Source: a virus (lineage: Duplodnaviria > Caudoviricetes). Taken from it: 64,000 nucleotides of DNA. Positions 25,941 through 34,926 of the stretch are shown here, one piece after another; the first letter of the stretch is position 1; every line of letters begins with the position of its first letter. The stretch lies in the IMG/VR virus record IMGVR_UViG_3300003937_000325. The stretch is one strand, 5' to 3'. The notes under the pieces were generated by a model. That model did not search any database and was not told where the DNA came from. It saw only the letters and a list, made by a program, of their open reading frames with translations. The position numbers and the translations under genes are program-made.

Positions 25941-26544
25941 TTGTACAATATGTCATTAAAAAATACCTATCATTTTTATCAACTCTTTTCATACCGTATC
26001 TATGCGTTATTTGTCCAGGATACATATAAATATAACCCTGTTTTGGTACTATAGTTTTTCCATATTTCTCAAAAACTAAATCACCACCTTTACTTTCATC
26101 ATCTAATTTACAGTACATTGAAATGTGTACATCATCATGGTGCATTCTAATTTCCTGACCCTCTTGTAACTTCAAGACATTATTATCGGGTTGTAATAGT
26201 TTCCATTTTTTACCCTCTAAATGCCACTCTTTTTGTACTATACTAAAAATGTAATCGTGAACTAAATGAGTCATTATTTTTTCTAAATTAAACTTTTTAA
26301 GGTTTGTTGAAAAAACAGGCGTACCCCATCGATTTACTTGGTCCCAATTAATCGTTTTTAAAATATCCACTAAATTATCACAGAATTTCGTATTAAAAAA
26401 TGGAAACTCAAACACATCAGGAGCGACTTCCTGAACCATCATATTCCACTCATATGATAAAAATTCTTTTCTTATGTTTCTACTTTTCCATAAGTCAAAG
26501 TCACTGTCATCGAACATGTCAGGATATAGGTCTTTATATACCAT
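25933..26544 (-). CDS. second, divergent PLOD-like 2OG-Fe(II) oxygenase
   Basis: EVAPDVFEFPFFNTKFCD, RMHHDD, KGGDLVF, YPGQITHRYG, RYFLMTY. Confidence 0.78.
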   Translation of the reverse strand: MVYKDLYPDMFDDSDFDLWKSRNIRKEFLSYEWNMMVQEVAPDVFEFPFFNTKFCDNLVDILKTINWDQVNRWGTPVFSTNLKKFNLEKIMTHLVHDYIFSIVQKEWHLEGKKWKLLQPDNNVLKLQEGQEIRMHHDDVHISMYCKLDDESKGGDLVFEKYGKTIVPKQGYIYMYPGQITHRYGMKRVDKNDRYFLMTYCTSD

Positions 26545-27391
26545 AATCAGATAATTTTAAATTCATAACTTTATTTATTGTTTTTGAAGGTATTTTAAAT
26601 TCTTCAAATTCACTATCACCTTTTAATAATACGATAACACACCCTAAAAGTGAAATGTTTTCATATTTTGTTCCTTCCAACATTTTTAAAATTAACCTTC
26701 CGTAGAATGGTAATTGTAGTTGATAGTGACCTAAAGCGTTGTCAGGTAAATCTTGAAATGGTGATTTCATTGGTTTTGTCCAATGAGTTTTTTTAAAATT
26801 CTTTTCTTTGTTAGTTTTCCAATCTGTGATTACTAACCCAAAACCGTTTTTCTCCTTATTCATTATTAACCAAACTTTATCAGGTTGACCCGTATACCCT
26901 AATTCAGGGTGACCTAAAACCATCTCAGTATCTAAAAGGTATGCCCCTCTTTCGTCCATTAATTTTAAGAATTTTTCACCCGCACTTATCATTGAGTTAC
27001 TTCTTAGTTCTTGTTCAATATCACATTCAAATATAGGTTTACGTACCTCTTTATAATCACCATATAGTTCAATTGTTTTCTTCTCTAGTATGAAGTGAGC
27101 TCGAGACCCCATATTTGTTGCATATGAACCCGCGGCTGACCACTCATCTAATAATCGTTCCATCTCCACTCTATCCCCCTTAGCCTTTTTATAAGCAATG
27201 TCTTCAGCTGGAAAAGGTTCATAGAAATGTTTTAATATTTTAGAGACTGAAGGAAAGTTATTTCTTACTATACCATCCCTATCCTTCATAAAATATATAT
27301 GTTCGGCTTCAGTAAATGATAATTCTAATTCTTTTTGTTTTTTATCTATTATATCTCTTATCTCTTGAGATATTGTTTTTAAGTTTTCCAT
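26534..27391 (-). CDS. PD-(D/E)XK exonuclease (RecB/Cas4-like phage nuclease)
   Basis: PSVSKIL, GSRAH, LDTE, GQPDKV, ITDWKTNK, HYQLQL..Y. Confidence 0.85.
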   Translation of the reverse strand: MENLKTISQEIRDIIDKKQKELELSFTEAEHIYFMKDRDGIVRNNFPSVSKILKHFYEPFPAEDIAYKKAKGDRVEMERLLDEWSAAGSYATNMGSRAHFILEKKTIELYGDYKEVRKPIFECDIEQELRSNSMISAGEKFLKLMDERGAYLLDTEMVLGHPELGYTGQPDKVWLIMNKEKNGFGLVITDWKTNKEKNFKKTHWTKPMKSPFQDLPDNALGHYQLQLPFYGRLILKMLEGTKYENISLLGCVIVLLKGDSEFEEFKIPSKTINKVMNLKLSDYGI

Positions 27392-28320
27392 TATTTTTCT
27401 AATTTTACATAACTCCCTTCAGGAATAACTCCCCGTAAGTCACCTAAATCTTTATTATCAGGTAGTTTTATTATATCTATTTTACCATATAGTTTTCCAC
27501 CACTTAATTTATAGTAAAGTCCTTTAGCATCTTCCCAAGCGTCCGCATCTAAACAAATCTTAATTCTACCTTTAGATTTATCGTATAGTGTTTCCCAAAG
27601 TTTTTCAGATAGAAATTTACCAAGTAGTGGTATAGAATTAGGAACAAAAAAACTATCAAATACTCCTTCTACTATCCATATATCTTCATCCCAATTTATT
27701 CTACTTTCATTAAATATTAATAGCTCTTTGGGTGCTTCAGGATTCTTATACTTTAGTTTAGAATACTTATTCCAACTACGAGCAACAAAGTAATTTAATA
27801 AACCTTCATCATTAAATGATGGTACTATTATACGTCCCGCATAATCACCACTGTTAGCAAACCCAATATCGTATTTTTTAATGATTTCATCAGTTATACC
27901 CCTTCTTTTTAAATAGTTATAAGCTTGCGCTCTTGGTGGAAATATAGGATTAACATCACTAAATTTTTGATATTCTTTAGGTAATCTAAGTGTTTTATAT
28001 TTTCTTTGGTCCCTAATAAACTCATCAGGCCTGACTAAAGTATAAAATTGTTTATCCTTCTTTGAACCGTATTTATCAATCAATCGACCTAAATGACCGT
28101 GAGTCCCATGTGTCTCAGAACAGGCCCAACATTTATAAACGTGTTGACCATAATTTATTTCTAAATTACCTTTACCGTCTCCTTTATCTGAACCTTTAAT
28201 GTCGTGTGAACAAACAGGGCAGTCAAAAGATATCTGAGCCCTCATTTCATTATGTAAATGAGACTCACCAAAAATGTTAACTAATAAGTCAACTACCAAT
28301 AATTCATCTTGATTGTCCAT
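27391..28320 (-). CDS. DNA primase (Zn finger + TOPRIM)
   Basis: CPVC...CWAC zinc-binding domain, RIIVPSF, FVARS, IVEGVFD, CLDAD, KDLGD. Confidence 0.88.
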   Translation of the reverse strand: MDNQDELLVVDLLVNIFGESHLHNEMRAQISFDCPVCSHDIKGSDKGDGKGNLEINYGQHVYKCWACSETHGTHGHLGRLIDKYGSKKDKQFYTLVRPDEFIRDQRKYKTLRLPKEYQKFSDVNPIFPPRAQAYNYLKRRGITDEIIKKYDIGFANSGDYAGRIIVPSFNDEGLLNYFVARSWNKYSKLKYKNPEAPKELLIFNESRINWDEDIWIVEGVFDSFFVPNSIPLLGKFLSEKLWETLYDKSKGRIKICLDADAWEDAKGLYYKLSGGKLYGKIDIIKLPDNKDLGDLRGVIPEGSYVKLEK

Positions 28321-28358
28321 ATAGGACTAAATATAAAATAAAGTATTTACAAAATCAA

Positions 28359-28961
28359 CTACCAAAGACCTTGTTGTTTCATATAACCTTGGACACATGT
28401 GTACGCATCTGCTTGGTCAAAACATTCTTTCTTTAAAGTATTGTTACGTGTATATAACCACACTATTTGCGGTTCAGATTCCGCAACTTTTTTCCAAACA
28501 ATTTCTTTCTTATCAATTGTTTTGGGAAGACCTCCAAATAAAACTCTTTTACCTTTTCCATTATCATTAACTAATTCTGGCCATGCAAACTTACGTGAAT
28601 TATATGTTGATATGTAACGAGGTACTAAACCTAAAACTTCGTAGATTACCCTTGAAATCATAGAATTATATCTTAATAGTGTTCCCACGGTCCATATATT
28701 ATTAGAATTAAGAAGTGGCTCTTCGATAACCACCTTAACAATATTTAAATCTTTGTATCCTTCTATTTTCTCTTTAAAACCATCTACCTTAAGTAATAGT
28801 TCTTCAATCTTTTCTTCAGGTTTAGGTTTTATGACTGGTGAAAAGTGTGTTAATTCTAACAATTTTTGACTACCCTCATCAAATAGTGCCCATCCAATAG
28901 TTTTTGTAGATATATCCAACCCTAAGACTTTAGGGGTATTATTTAATTCTTGTTTTGACAT
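28359..28961 (-). CDS. RuvC-like Holliday junction resolvase
   Basis: VLGLDISTKTIGW, VVIEEP, FDQADA acidic catalytic motifs of the RNase H fold. Confidence 0.8.
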   Translation of the reverse strand: MSKQELNNTPKVLGLDISTKTIGWALFDEGSQKLLELTHFSPVIKPKPEEKIEELLLKVDGFKEKIEGYKDLNIVKVVIEEPLLNSNNIWTVGTLLRYNSMISRVIYEVLGLVPRYISTYNSRKFAWPELVNDNGKGKRVLFGGLPKTIDKKEIVWKKVAESEPQIVWLYTRNNTLKKECFDQADAYTCVQGYMKQQGLW

Positions 28962-28970
28962 GTGATTATA

Positions 28971-31217
28971 TTAAAAATCTAATTTTATAGTATACTGTTG
29001 TATACCTTGTCTCTTTTCAGGAGACTGTATCTTAGATATAATCATAAGTTCTTTATTCAAATCGTAAAGACCAACTTCAGTTATGTAAGCCGAATCTGCA
29101 GTTGACCATGTTGGGTTTTGAGAAGTTAAAAATTGAGTGGGACCTAAATTACATTTATAATTCATAACATAAATCGTAGCTTGAATGTCTGAAGCAATAT
29201 TACCATAAAAATAATATTCATCTCCAAATGTTAAAGTAGGTTCTGGGTCATTATTTTTAGGTAACTCAATATAATTTGATAAATCATACACATCTCCGTT
29301 AGATACAGCATCATCGTACATAGTCTTATTTAAAATTAAAGTACTACCTGTTAAACCTGATACTGTTATATTACCATTAACCGATGTTCCACTTATTTGA
29401 CTAGTGACATCTACCTCATACCACTCAGTTGGGTCGGGTTTCTCCCCTGCCGTCACTTTTTGGGCCAGTAAGACTATATCATTAGCTGAAAATCCTGATT
29501 GTGAACCATCACTGAATAAAAATGGAAACTCATTTCCAAATCTAACTGTTACATCAGCAGTGTCAGGTGGACAATCTGGGTCTGTACCACATATTTGTGT
29601 ATAGTAATTACAATGTAACGACTCAGTAAATGCGGAGTGGTTAAACCTATAAGTTAACCATAAACATTCAGTCGTACCCGATAGAAGACCCGTATCACTA
29701 CCAGTCGTACCATTAAACGTATTAGGTACAATTAGACCTAATTTTGGTGCGGGTAACGTCCAATTTCTATTTGATTTATAACTTAATGACGCAATAATTT
29801 CATCATCATCAAAAGTTATCATTTTTAAGTCCGGCCAAACTTTACCTACTCTATTTGGGAATCCATTTATATTAGGATTATTATCCCATAAATGGTAATA
29901 CCTTATCCCCGGATTGTTCATATCATTATTTACATTTGATTCAATATAATGAGGTTTAAATAAATTTTCTTTTTCAAACCCATCAGGGTCAACATAAAAT
30001 GTTTGTCCCATAGTACCACCTGAGGACTTGTGCCACATAAGTGTTGGAACATTTACTCTAAACCTACGTCCAGGTCCCGTTTGACCTGAAAGTGGAAACT
30101 GATTATCCGTGGTTGTTAATGCAAATTTCTCACCATAAAAATTATCAATAGATTGATTAGTATAGTGAACTATTGATATAGCTTTTTGGTCTCTTGGAGA
30201 TAAGTTAATTTTTTCAGAAAATGAATTGTAATAATATGTCGAATCAGTATCGGTTTGACCAGTATTGGAATTATACCCTAAATATTCTTTAGTGCCTGTG
30301 TACCCTGTAGAACCAAATTGGTCGTACCCTTGATATACATTAGTAAATAATCCAGCAGGACTTTCAGTCCACGGAATATTCATGTTCCAAACTTTCACAA
30401 AATAGTTAGAGATATCACAATTACTTTCAAAATTAATAGCATCTTGATTCCAATAAAATTCAGGCGTATACGTATCATATAATTCAGTCATACCTGAAGG
30501 ATAAAATATTACTCTTGCGTCACCAACATAACCCATACTCTGTAAGTCAGGTAATTGTCTATCAAGTTTAATAGTTACAGTTCCCGTATTTCCTGAAGTG
30601 TTTCCCGTAATATCAATAACTTTATAAGTTAAAACAGGGTAGTTATTACTTATTGGTTGTGTACTAAAATCAGAATAATAAACTGTCATTATATGGTTAG
30701 ATATAACATTACCCGTTACACTAGCGTCGATAATTGAGGCGTTTAAATTAATTGTGTTTCCTGAATTTACAGTATTCATAGGTATAACATAATTAGGATT
30801 AATAGTATAAGCGCTCGATGTAAATGCAGTAAAATTACTATCTACAACATTACTAAAGTCATATGAAGTTTGTCCAGTAAAAAAACCTAACGTAGCAGCC
30901 GTATTATATATATTATCTATTATCGGTTCAGGAATTGGTATACCATAAGTGTTTGTTGATTGAGTTGAAACTAATAAAGGATATTTAACATTTGCTTTAT
31001 TTTTTTCAGGTAATGGAGATAAGTTTTGTGCGTTATACTCAGCATCTAATACTCGTCCAGTCGATAAATCGGCATTTGGTATACAGTCATAACAAACCTC
31101 ACTATCACCTACTTGAAAATATGAAACATTGAATGTTCCCTCTGAAATTCTTTTTCTTCCTGCGTCAGTTAATTTACTGTTAACTAATGCTGCGGTATCT
31201 TTTATTATGTATCCCAT
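28971..31217 (-). CDS. virion structural protein (baseplate/tail-collar type)
   Basis: N-terminal LTDAGRKRIS...FQVGDSE and C-terminal YITEVGLYD..ELMIISKIQSP...IKLDF patterns typical of baseplate/fibre-attachment proteins of large phages. Confidence 0.65.
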   Translation of the reverse strand: MGYIIKDTAALVNSKLTDAGRKRISEGTFNVSYFQVGDSEVCYDCIPNADLSTGRVLDAEYNAQNLSPLPEKNKANVKYPLLVSTQSTNTYGIPIPEPIIDNIYNTAATLGFFTGQTSYDFSNVVDSNFTAFTSSAYTINPNYVIPMNTVNSGNTINLNASIIDASVTGNVISNHIMTVYYSDFSTQPISNNYPVLTYKVIDITGNTSGNTGTVTIKLDRQLPDLQSMGYVGDARVIFYPSGMTELYDTYTPEFYWNQDAINFESNCDISNYFVKVWNMNIPWTESPAGLFTNVYQGYDQFGSTGYTGTKEYLGYNSNTGQTDTDSTYYYNSFSEKINLSPRDQKAISIVHYTNQSIDNFYGEKFALTTTDNQFPLSGQTGPGRRFRVNVPTLMWHKSSGGTMGQTFYVDPDGFEKENLFKPHYIESNVNNDMNNPGIRYYHLWDNNPNINGFPNRVGKVWPDLKMITFDDDEIIASLSYKSNRNWTLPAPKLGLIVPNTFNGTTGSDTGLLSGTTECLWLTYRFNHSAFTESLHCNYYTQICGTDPDCPPDTADVTVRFGNEFPFLFSDGSQSGFSANDIVLLAQKVTAGEKPDPTEWYEVDVTSQISGTSVNGNITVSGLTGSTLILNKTMYDDAVSNGDVYDLSNYIELPKNNDPEPTLTFGDEYYFYGNIASDIQATIYVMNYKCNLGPTQFLTSQNPTWSTADSAYITEVGLYDLNKELMIISKIQSPEKRQGIQQYTIKLDF

Positions 31218-31222
31218 GTTTT

Positions 31223-31229
31223 ATAAATA
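31223..31229 (-). promoter_or_regulatory. TATTTAT putative late promoter element
   Basis: 5 nt upstream of ATG 31217. Confidence 0.5.
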
Positions 31230-31260
31230 GTTTTATTATCTAATTTTTTATTTTTTTTAT

Positions 31261-32892
31261 CTACGTTAGTGGAAGACAACCCGATTGAGTAGACTCACCA
31301 GTTATTGGTGTTGATATATCGTTTATGGTTCCACAGGTTGTTGTTCCAATTATTTGTACATTCTTTAATTGTACATTAGTTCTGTTTAATCCCGTAATAG
31401 GACAATTACATGAACCACTACTAACGAATCTAGGTAATGTAACCGTTGTACTTACAGTACCGTTAAAAGTTGAACTACCGTCTATAGTAATAGTTGTATC
31501 TCCACTACTACTAAATGTATAAATAGTAATTTGAGAGTTAGAGCAATTTTCTGGGGGTGGTGAACCTAATCCAACAGGTGATGTTGAACTGATACTTACC
31601 GCATTACCATCTAAACTACCCGTAAACGTATTTTCATATGTTACAGGGTCAGAATTACCATTATCAGGGTACGTACTAATTCTAGTATGAGCGAAAGCTA
31701 AATCAAACGATACCTGCACACCTGATGGTAACTGAGGAGTGACGACCACATCATATTGATAACTAACAACTTGTTCTCTTAAGCTATTAGTCACTACTTG
31801 GTTAAACTTATTAAGTTGTATTGTATATGACGGTGCACCCACTCCTTCACTAATCGTAAAGTTAGTAGTCGCAACATTACCTGAGTCATCTGTTACTTGA
31901 CCAACATAACTACCTGGTTGAACATTATTAAATAGACCTGTCAATTGAGAAGACGTTATACCTTGAATAACATAACTATAAGGTGATGAACCTCCATTAG
32001 CATTCATTATTACAGTACCCAATTGACCTTCACATTGTGGTGATATTGGTGTAACACTTAAGGATAAGTTGGTTAAATTAGTTGGACATGTCCCTACTGT
32101 CATCACCCAATTTGCCTTTGTCGGTGGTACACCTTGATTTTGCCACGTTCCTGTTGGTTGTAATTGTGGAGGACTCTGAATTAGTCTCATTGCACCTTGG
32201 TTACCGCTAATAGAGGTCCATACTAATACTTCCCACCAACCATTATTAATATTGTATGTTAAGGTAAGACCATTTACAGTATCTAACCATTGGAAATTAC
32301 CATTATTATCAGTACCGTTAGGTGTGAAATTATATTGTTGATTTAATTCACTATGACTCAAACATAACGGGTCTTGAGCAGGAGGCGTAGGTGTAGGTGG
32401 GTTACAAACAGTACAAGTAGTATAAGAACTATTAATTGTTAATCCAGACACTTCAAGTCCCGCCGAACTAACAGGTCCAATAAACTCATAACATCCCGGT
32501 ATTTCATTAAAAATAATTGTAGGTTTGAAATTTGGGAATGGTGGTTCATAAGTTGCCCCTGAAACATAAACTGTTCGAGATGAAAATCCTGGACATGTAA
32601 TAAACTTGTAAACTGTTTCGGTACTACTACCCACAACACATGTTGTTTTTTTAATATAATCTCCAAAATAATCAACAACATTAGCTATATATGTACCTGG
32701 AGATAAATTAGTTAAAGTATTACCTTGTTGACCATTAGTCCACGTTATAGAATAAGGAGGGGTACCGCCAAATACTTGAACTACGGCACTACCATCAGAT
32801 GCTGTTGGGGAAGATGCGTTAGTAACATTACACTCCACCTCCATAGGTATTATGGTTATTATCGTACATTGATTTCCTGTTAATCCTGCCAT
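31261..32892 (-). CDS. virion fibre/adhesin-like protein with SprB-type repeats and Cys module
   Basis: DGSAVVQVFGGTPPYSITWTNG...LTNLSPGTYIANVVD and GGSSPYSY...FNNVQPGSYVGQVTD; start set at MAGLTG. Confidence 0.7.
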   Translation of the reverse strand: MAGLTGNQCTIITIIPMEVECNVTNASSPTASDGSAVVQVFGGTPPYSITWTNGQQGNTLTNLSPGTYIANVVDYFGDYIKKTTCVVGSSTETVYKFITCPGFSSRTVYVSGATYEPPFPNFKPTIIFNEIPGCYEFIGPVSSAGLEVSGLTINSSYTTCTVCNPPTPTPPAQDPLCLSHSELNQQYNFTPNGTDNNGNFQWLDTVNGLTLTYNINNGWWEVLVWTSISGNQGAMRLIQSPPQLQPTGTWQNQGVPPTKANWVMTVGTCPTNLTNLSLSVTPISPQCEGQLGTVIMNANGGSSPYSYVIQGITSSQLTGLFNNVQPGSYVGQVTDDSGNVATTNFTISEGVGAPSYTIQLNKFNQVVTNSLREQVVSYQYDVVVTPQLPSGVQVSFDLAFAHTRISTYPDNGNSDPVTYENTFTGSLDGNAVSISSTSPVGLGSPPPENCSNSQITIYTFSSSGDTTITIDGSSTFNGTVSTTVTLPRFVSSGSCNCPITGLNRTNVQLKNVQIIGTTTCGTINDISTPITGESTQSGCLPLT

Positions 32893-32903
32893 TTTATTAT
32901 TTT

Positions 32904-34820
32904 TTAAGTACAATCATTATATGTCCCTAAAGCTATCTGTATTTGAGTCGAGTAACCCCCACTATATACAGTTTGCCAGAAACTATTCATATTTATACAA
33001 GCCGTGACCGTAGTAGTAGATTCACCACCTAGTATTATAGTAACAACATCACCATTACAAGTTTTTACATTACTTAAGGTTATTTGTGATGATGAAGTAT
33101 TATTCACACCAAACCCTGTTTTACAACCACAATAAGTGTCTGAACAGTCAGTCACTATTGAATATCTATATGCCGCACTCGGCCAATTAGTACCAATTGT
33201 AGTATTATTCTGACTTGACGTTATAGTAAAAGTTTTACCACCTAAAGTATAACAAGTATTAACCCCTTGCGATGGTACAATTTCCTGAACAAGTGCACCT
33301 ATTCCAGCTAATCTGGCAGCACTTATAGTATCACCACTACTTAATGATGACGCTGTTCCCGTATCCATTTGTATAATCATTGTTTTATTATTCACACATC
33401 CTTCAGCTAATATATGTATTGCTTCACATTTACCACTATTACTACAATCACTATTAATTGTATTTAGAGTTGGATTTAATAATGGTGCGCTAGCATCATA
33501 CGGGACTTTTTCATAACATTCGTCAATAGTAAATTGTTGACTCAATTGATTGGTTATCGTAAATACGAAACTTGCAAAATCATCATCATTTAATGTGGTA
33601 TTAAAGGTTGTTGGAGCAACCATTAAATCAGACATACTAGGTGTTAAACCGGCGTTACACAATCTATATGTAGTTGGTAATGATGGGGAACTACTTGTTG
33701 GTGTAGGAGTATTTGTAGGAGTTAAAGTAGGTGTATTAGTAGGTGTATTTGTCGGAGTTAAAGTAGGTGTATTTGTTGGCGTATTTGTCGGAGTTAAAGT
33801 AGGTGTTAAAGTAGGTGTTAAGGTAGGTGTTAAAGTAGGTGTTAAGGTAGGTGTTAAGGTAGGTGTTAAGGTAGGTGTTGGCGTTAAAGTCGCATCAGGT
33901 GTAGATGTAACACTTGGTGTAGGTGTTAAGGTAGGTGTTAAGGTAGGTGTTAAGGTAGGTGTTGGCGTTAAAGTCGCATCAGGTGTAGATGTAACACTTG
34001 GTGTAGGTGTGATAGTAGATGTATTGGTTGGAGTATTAGTTGGTGTGTTAGTTGGAGTATTAGTTGGAGTTGGAGTTAAAGTCGCATCAGGTGTAGATGT
34101 AACTGTCGGCGTATTAGTTGGTGTTAATGTAGCCGTTGGTGTTTGACTTACGTCTATAGTGTTTGTTGGCGTAGCGGTATTTGTTGGAGTAGGTGTTGGT
34201 GTTGGAAAACCACAATCCTCAGTTGTAAAAGATACACTACATGTCGCACCATTTACACAACCTTGGTATAGCCAATTTGTTGTATTAGGTGAAGGAAATA
34301 TCGGAGCCGGATTATAAAATGTTACACCAGCTAAATTCCAACCTGAAATTTCCCATCTTGTACCTGACCACTGTATTGAACCATTATTTGGTGAAATCCA
34401 TTGATTTTGTCCATTAAATAGTGTTGTCGATAATGTATATCTAACCGTCTCCGTAAATCCATTACCTTCAAACACACCATCATAATAAGTGACATTTAGA
34501 CATGGTCCTGTAGCACTAGGTGTAAGTGTTGGTGTTGGCGTGAGAGTAATAGTAGGGGTAACAGTAGGTGTCGCTGTCGGTGTAGGTGATGGTCCGAACC
34601 CGAAACATTCACAAACCACACATAAATCGGCATCTATAACTTTAATACAAAACGGTATATTTTCATAAATTGTCGGTAAATTAAATGTCGCAGGAAAATC
34701 AGCATTAGTCGCCACCTGACCAAGATATGTTTGTTGGGATAACGCATCACAACTATCAGCCACCCATATTTGAAATGGTGATACTCCTGTCGCACTATCT
34801 ATACCTACTGTTGTACTCAT
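32904..34820 (-). CDS. virion protein with mucin-like Pro/Thr stalks and Cys-rich modules
   Basis: short beta N-terminal domain, (PTxT)n tracts, Cys-rich C-terminal domains. Confidence 0.7.
   Translation of the reverse strand: MSTTVGIDSATGVSPFQIWVADSCDALSQQTYLGQVATNADFPATFNLPTIYENIPFCIKVIDADLCVVCECFGFGPSPTPTATPTVTPTITLTPTPTLTPSATGPCLNVTYYDGVFEGNGFTETVRYTLSTTLFNGQNQWISPNNGSIQWSGTRWEISGWNLAGVTFYNPAPIFPSPNTTNWLYQGCVNGATCSVSFTTEDCGFPTPTPTPTNTATPTNTIDVSQTPTATLTPTNTPTVTSTPDATLTPTPTNTPTNTPTNTPTNTSTITPTPSVTSTPDATLTPTPTLTPTLTPTLTPTPSVTSTPDATLTPTPTLTPTLTPTLTPTLTPTLTPTLTPTLTPTNTPTNTPTLTPTNTPTNTPTLTPTNTPTPTSSSPSLPTTYRLCNAGLTPSMSDLMVAPTTFNTTLNDDDFASFVFTITNQLSQQFTIDECYEKVPYDASAPLLNPTLNTINSDCSNSGKCEAIHILAEGCVNNKTMIIQMDTGTASSLSSGDTISAARLAGIGALVQEIVPSQGVNTCYTLGGKTFTITSSQNNTTIGTNWPSAAYRYSIVTDCSDTYCGCKTGFGVNNTSSSQITLSNVKTCNGDVVTIILGGESTTTVTACINMNSFWQTVYSGGYSTQIQIALGTYNDCT
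33697..34203 (-). repeat. (P-T-x-T)n coding repeat, ~170 aa, 12-nt period
   Basis: LTPT/NTPT units; includes an exact 84-bp tandem duplication at 33841..34008. Confidence 0.9.
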
Positions 34821-34926
34821 TTATTTATCTATTATATTATTATAGTAACTCACATTATTAAGTGAATATGTTATTTTACTATAAGTATTTATCTCTCTTT
34901 CAATTTTATTTTTTTTATCCATAATA

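Noticed and set aside
26534-27391. Cas4-like nuclease suggesting a CRISPR-Cas locus
   Set aside because: no array or other cas genes, no four-Cys Fe-S motif, and it sits between primase and oxygenases as a typical replication exonuclease
3552-31522. short opposite-strand ORFs in the track (e.g. 3552, 5677, 8526, 9416, 9749, 13201, 15733, 17918, 18241, 19528, 19864, 21530, 21976, 22227, 22243, 23404, 24037, 24312, 28399, 29404, 31325)
   Set aside because: they fully overlap well-supported genes on the other strand and have Ser/Phe/Ile-rich shadow composition
34886-34892. + strand TATTTAT in the 34821..34926 gap
   Set aside because: no + strand ORF follows; probably chance in AT-rich DNA (the overlapping minus-strand TACTTAT variant better fits gene 34820)
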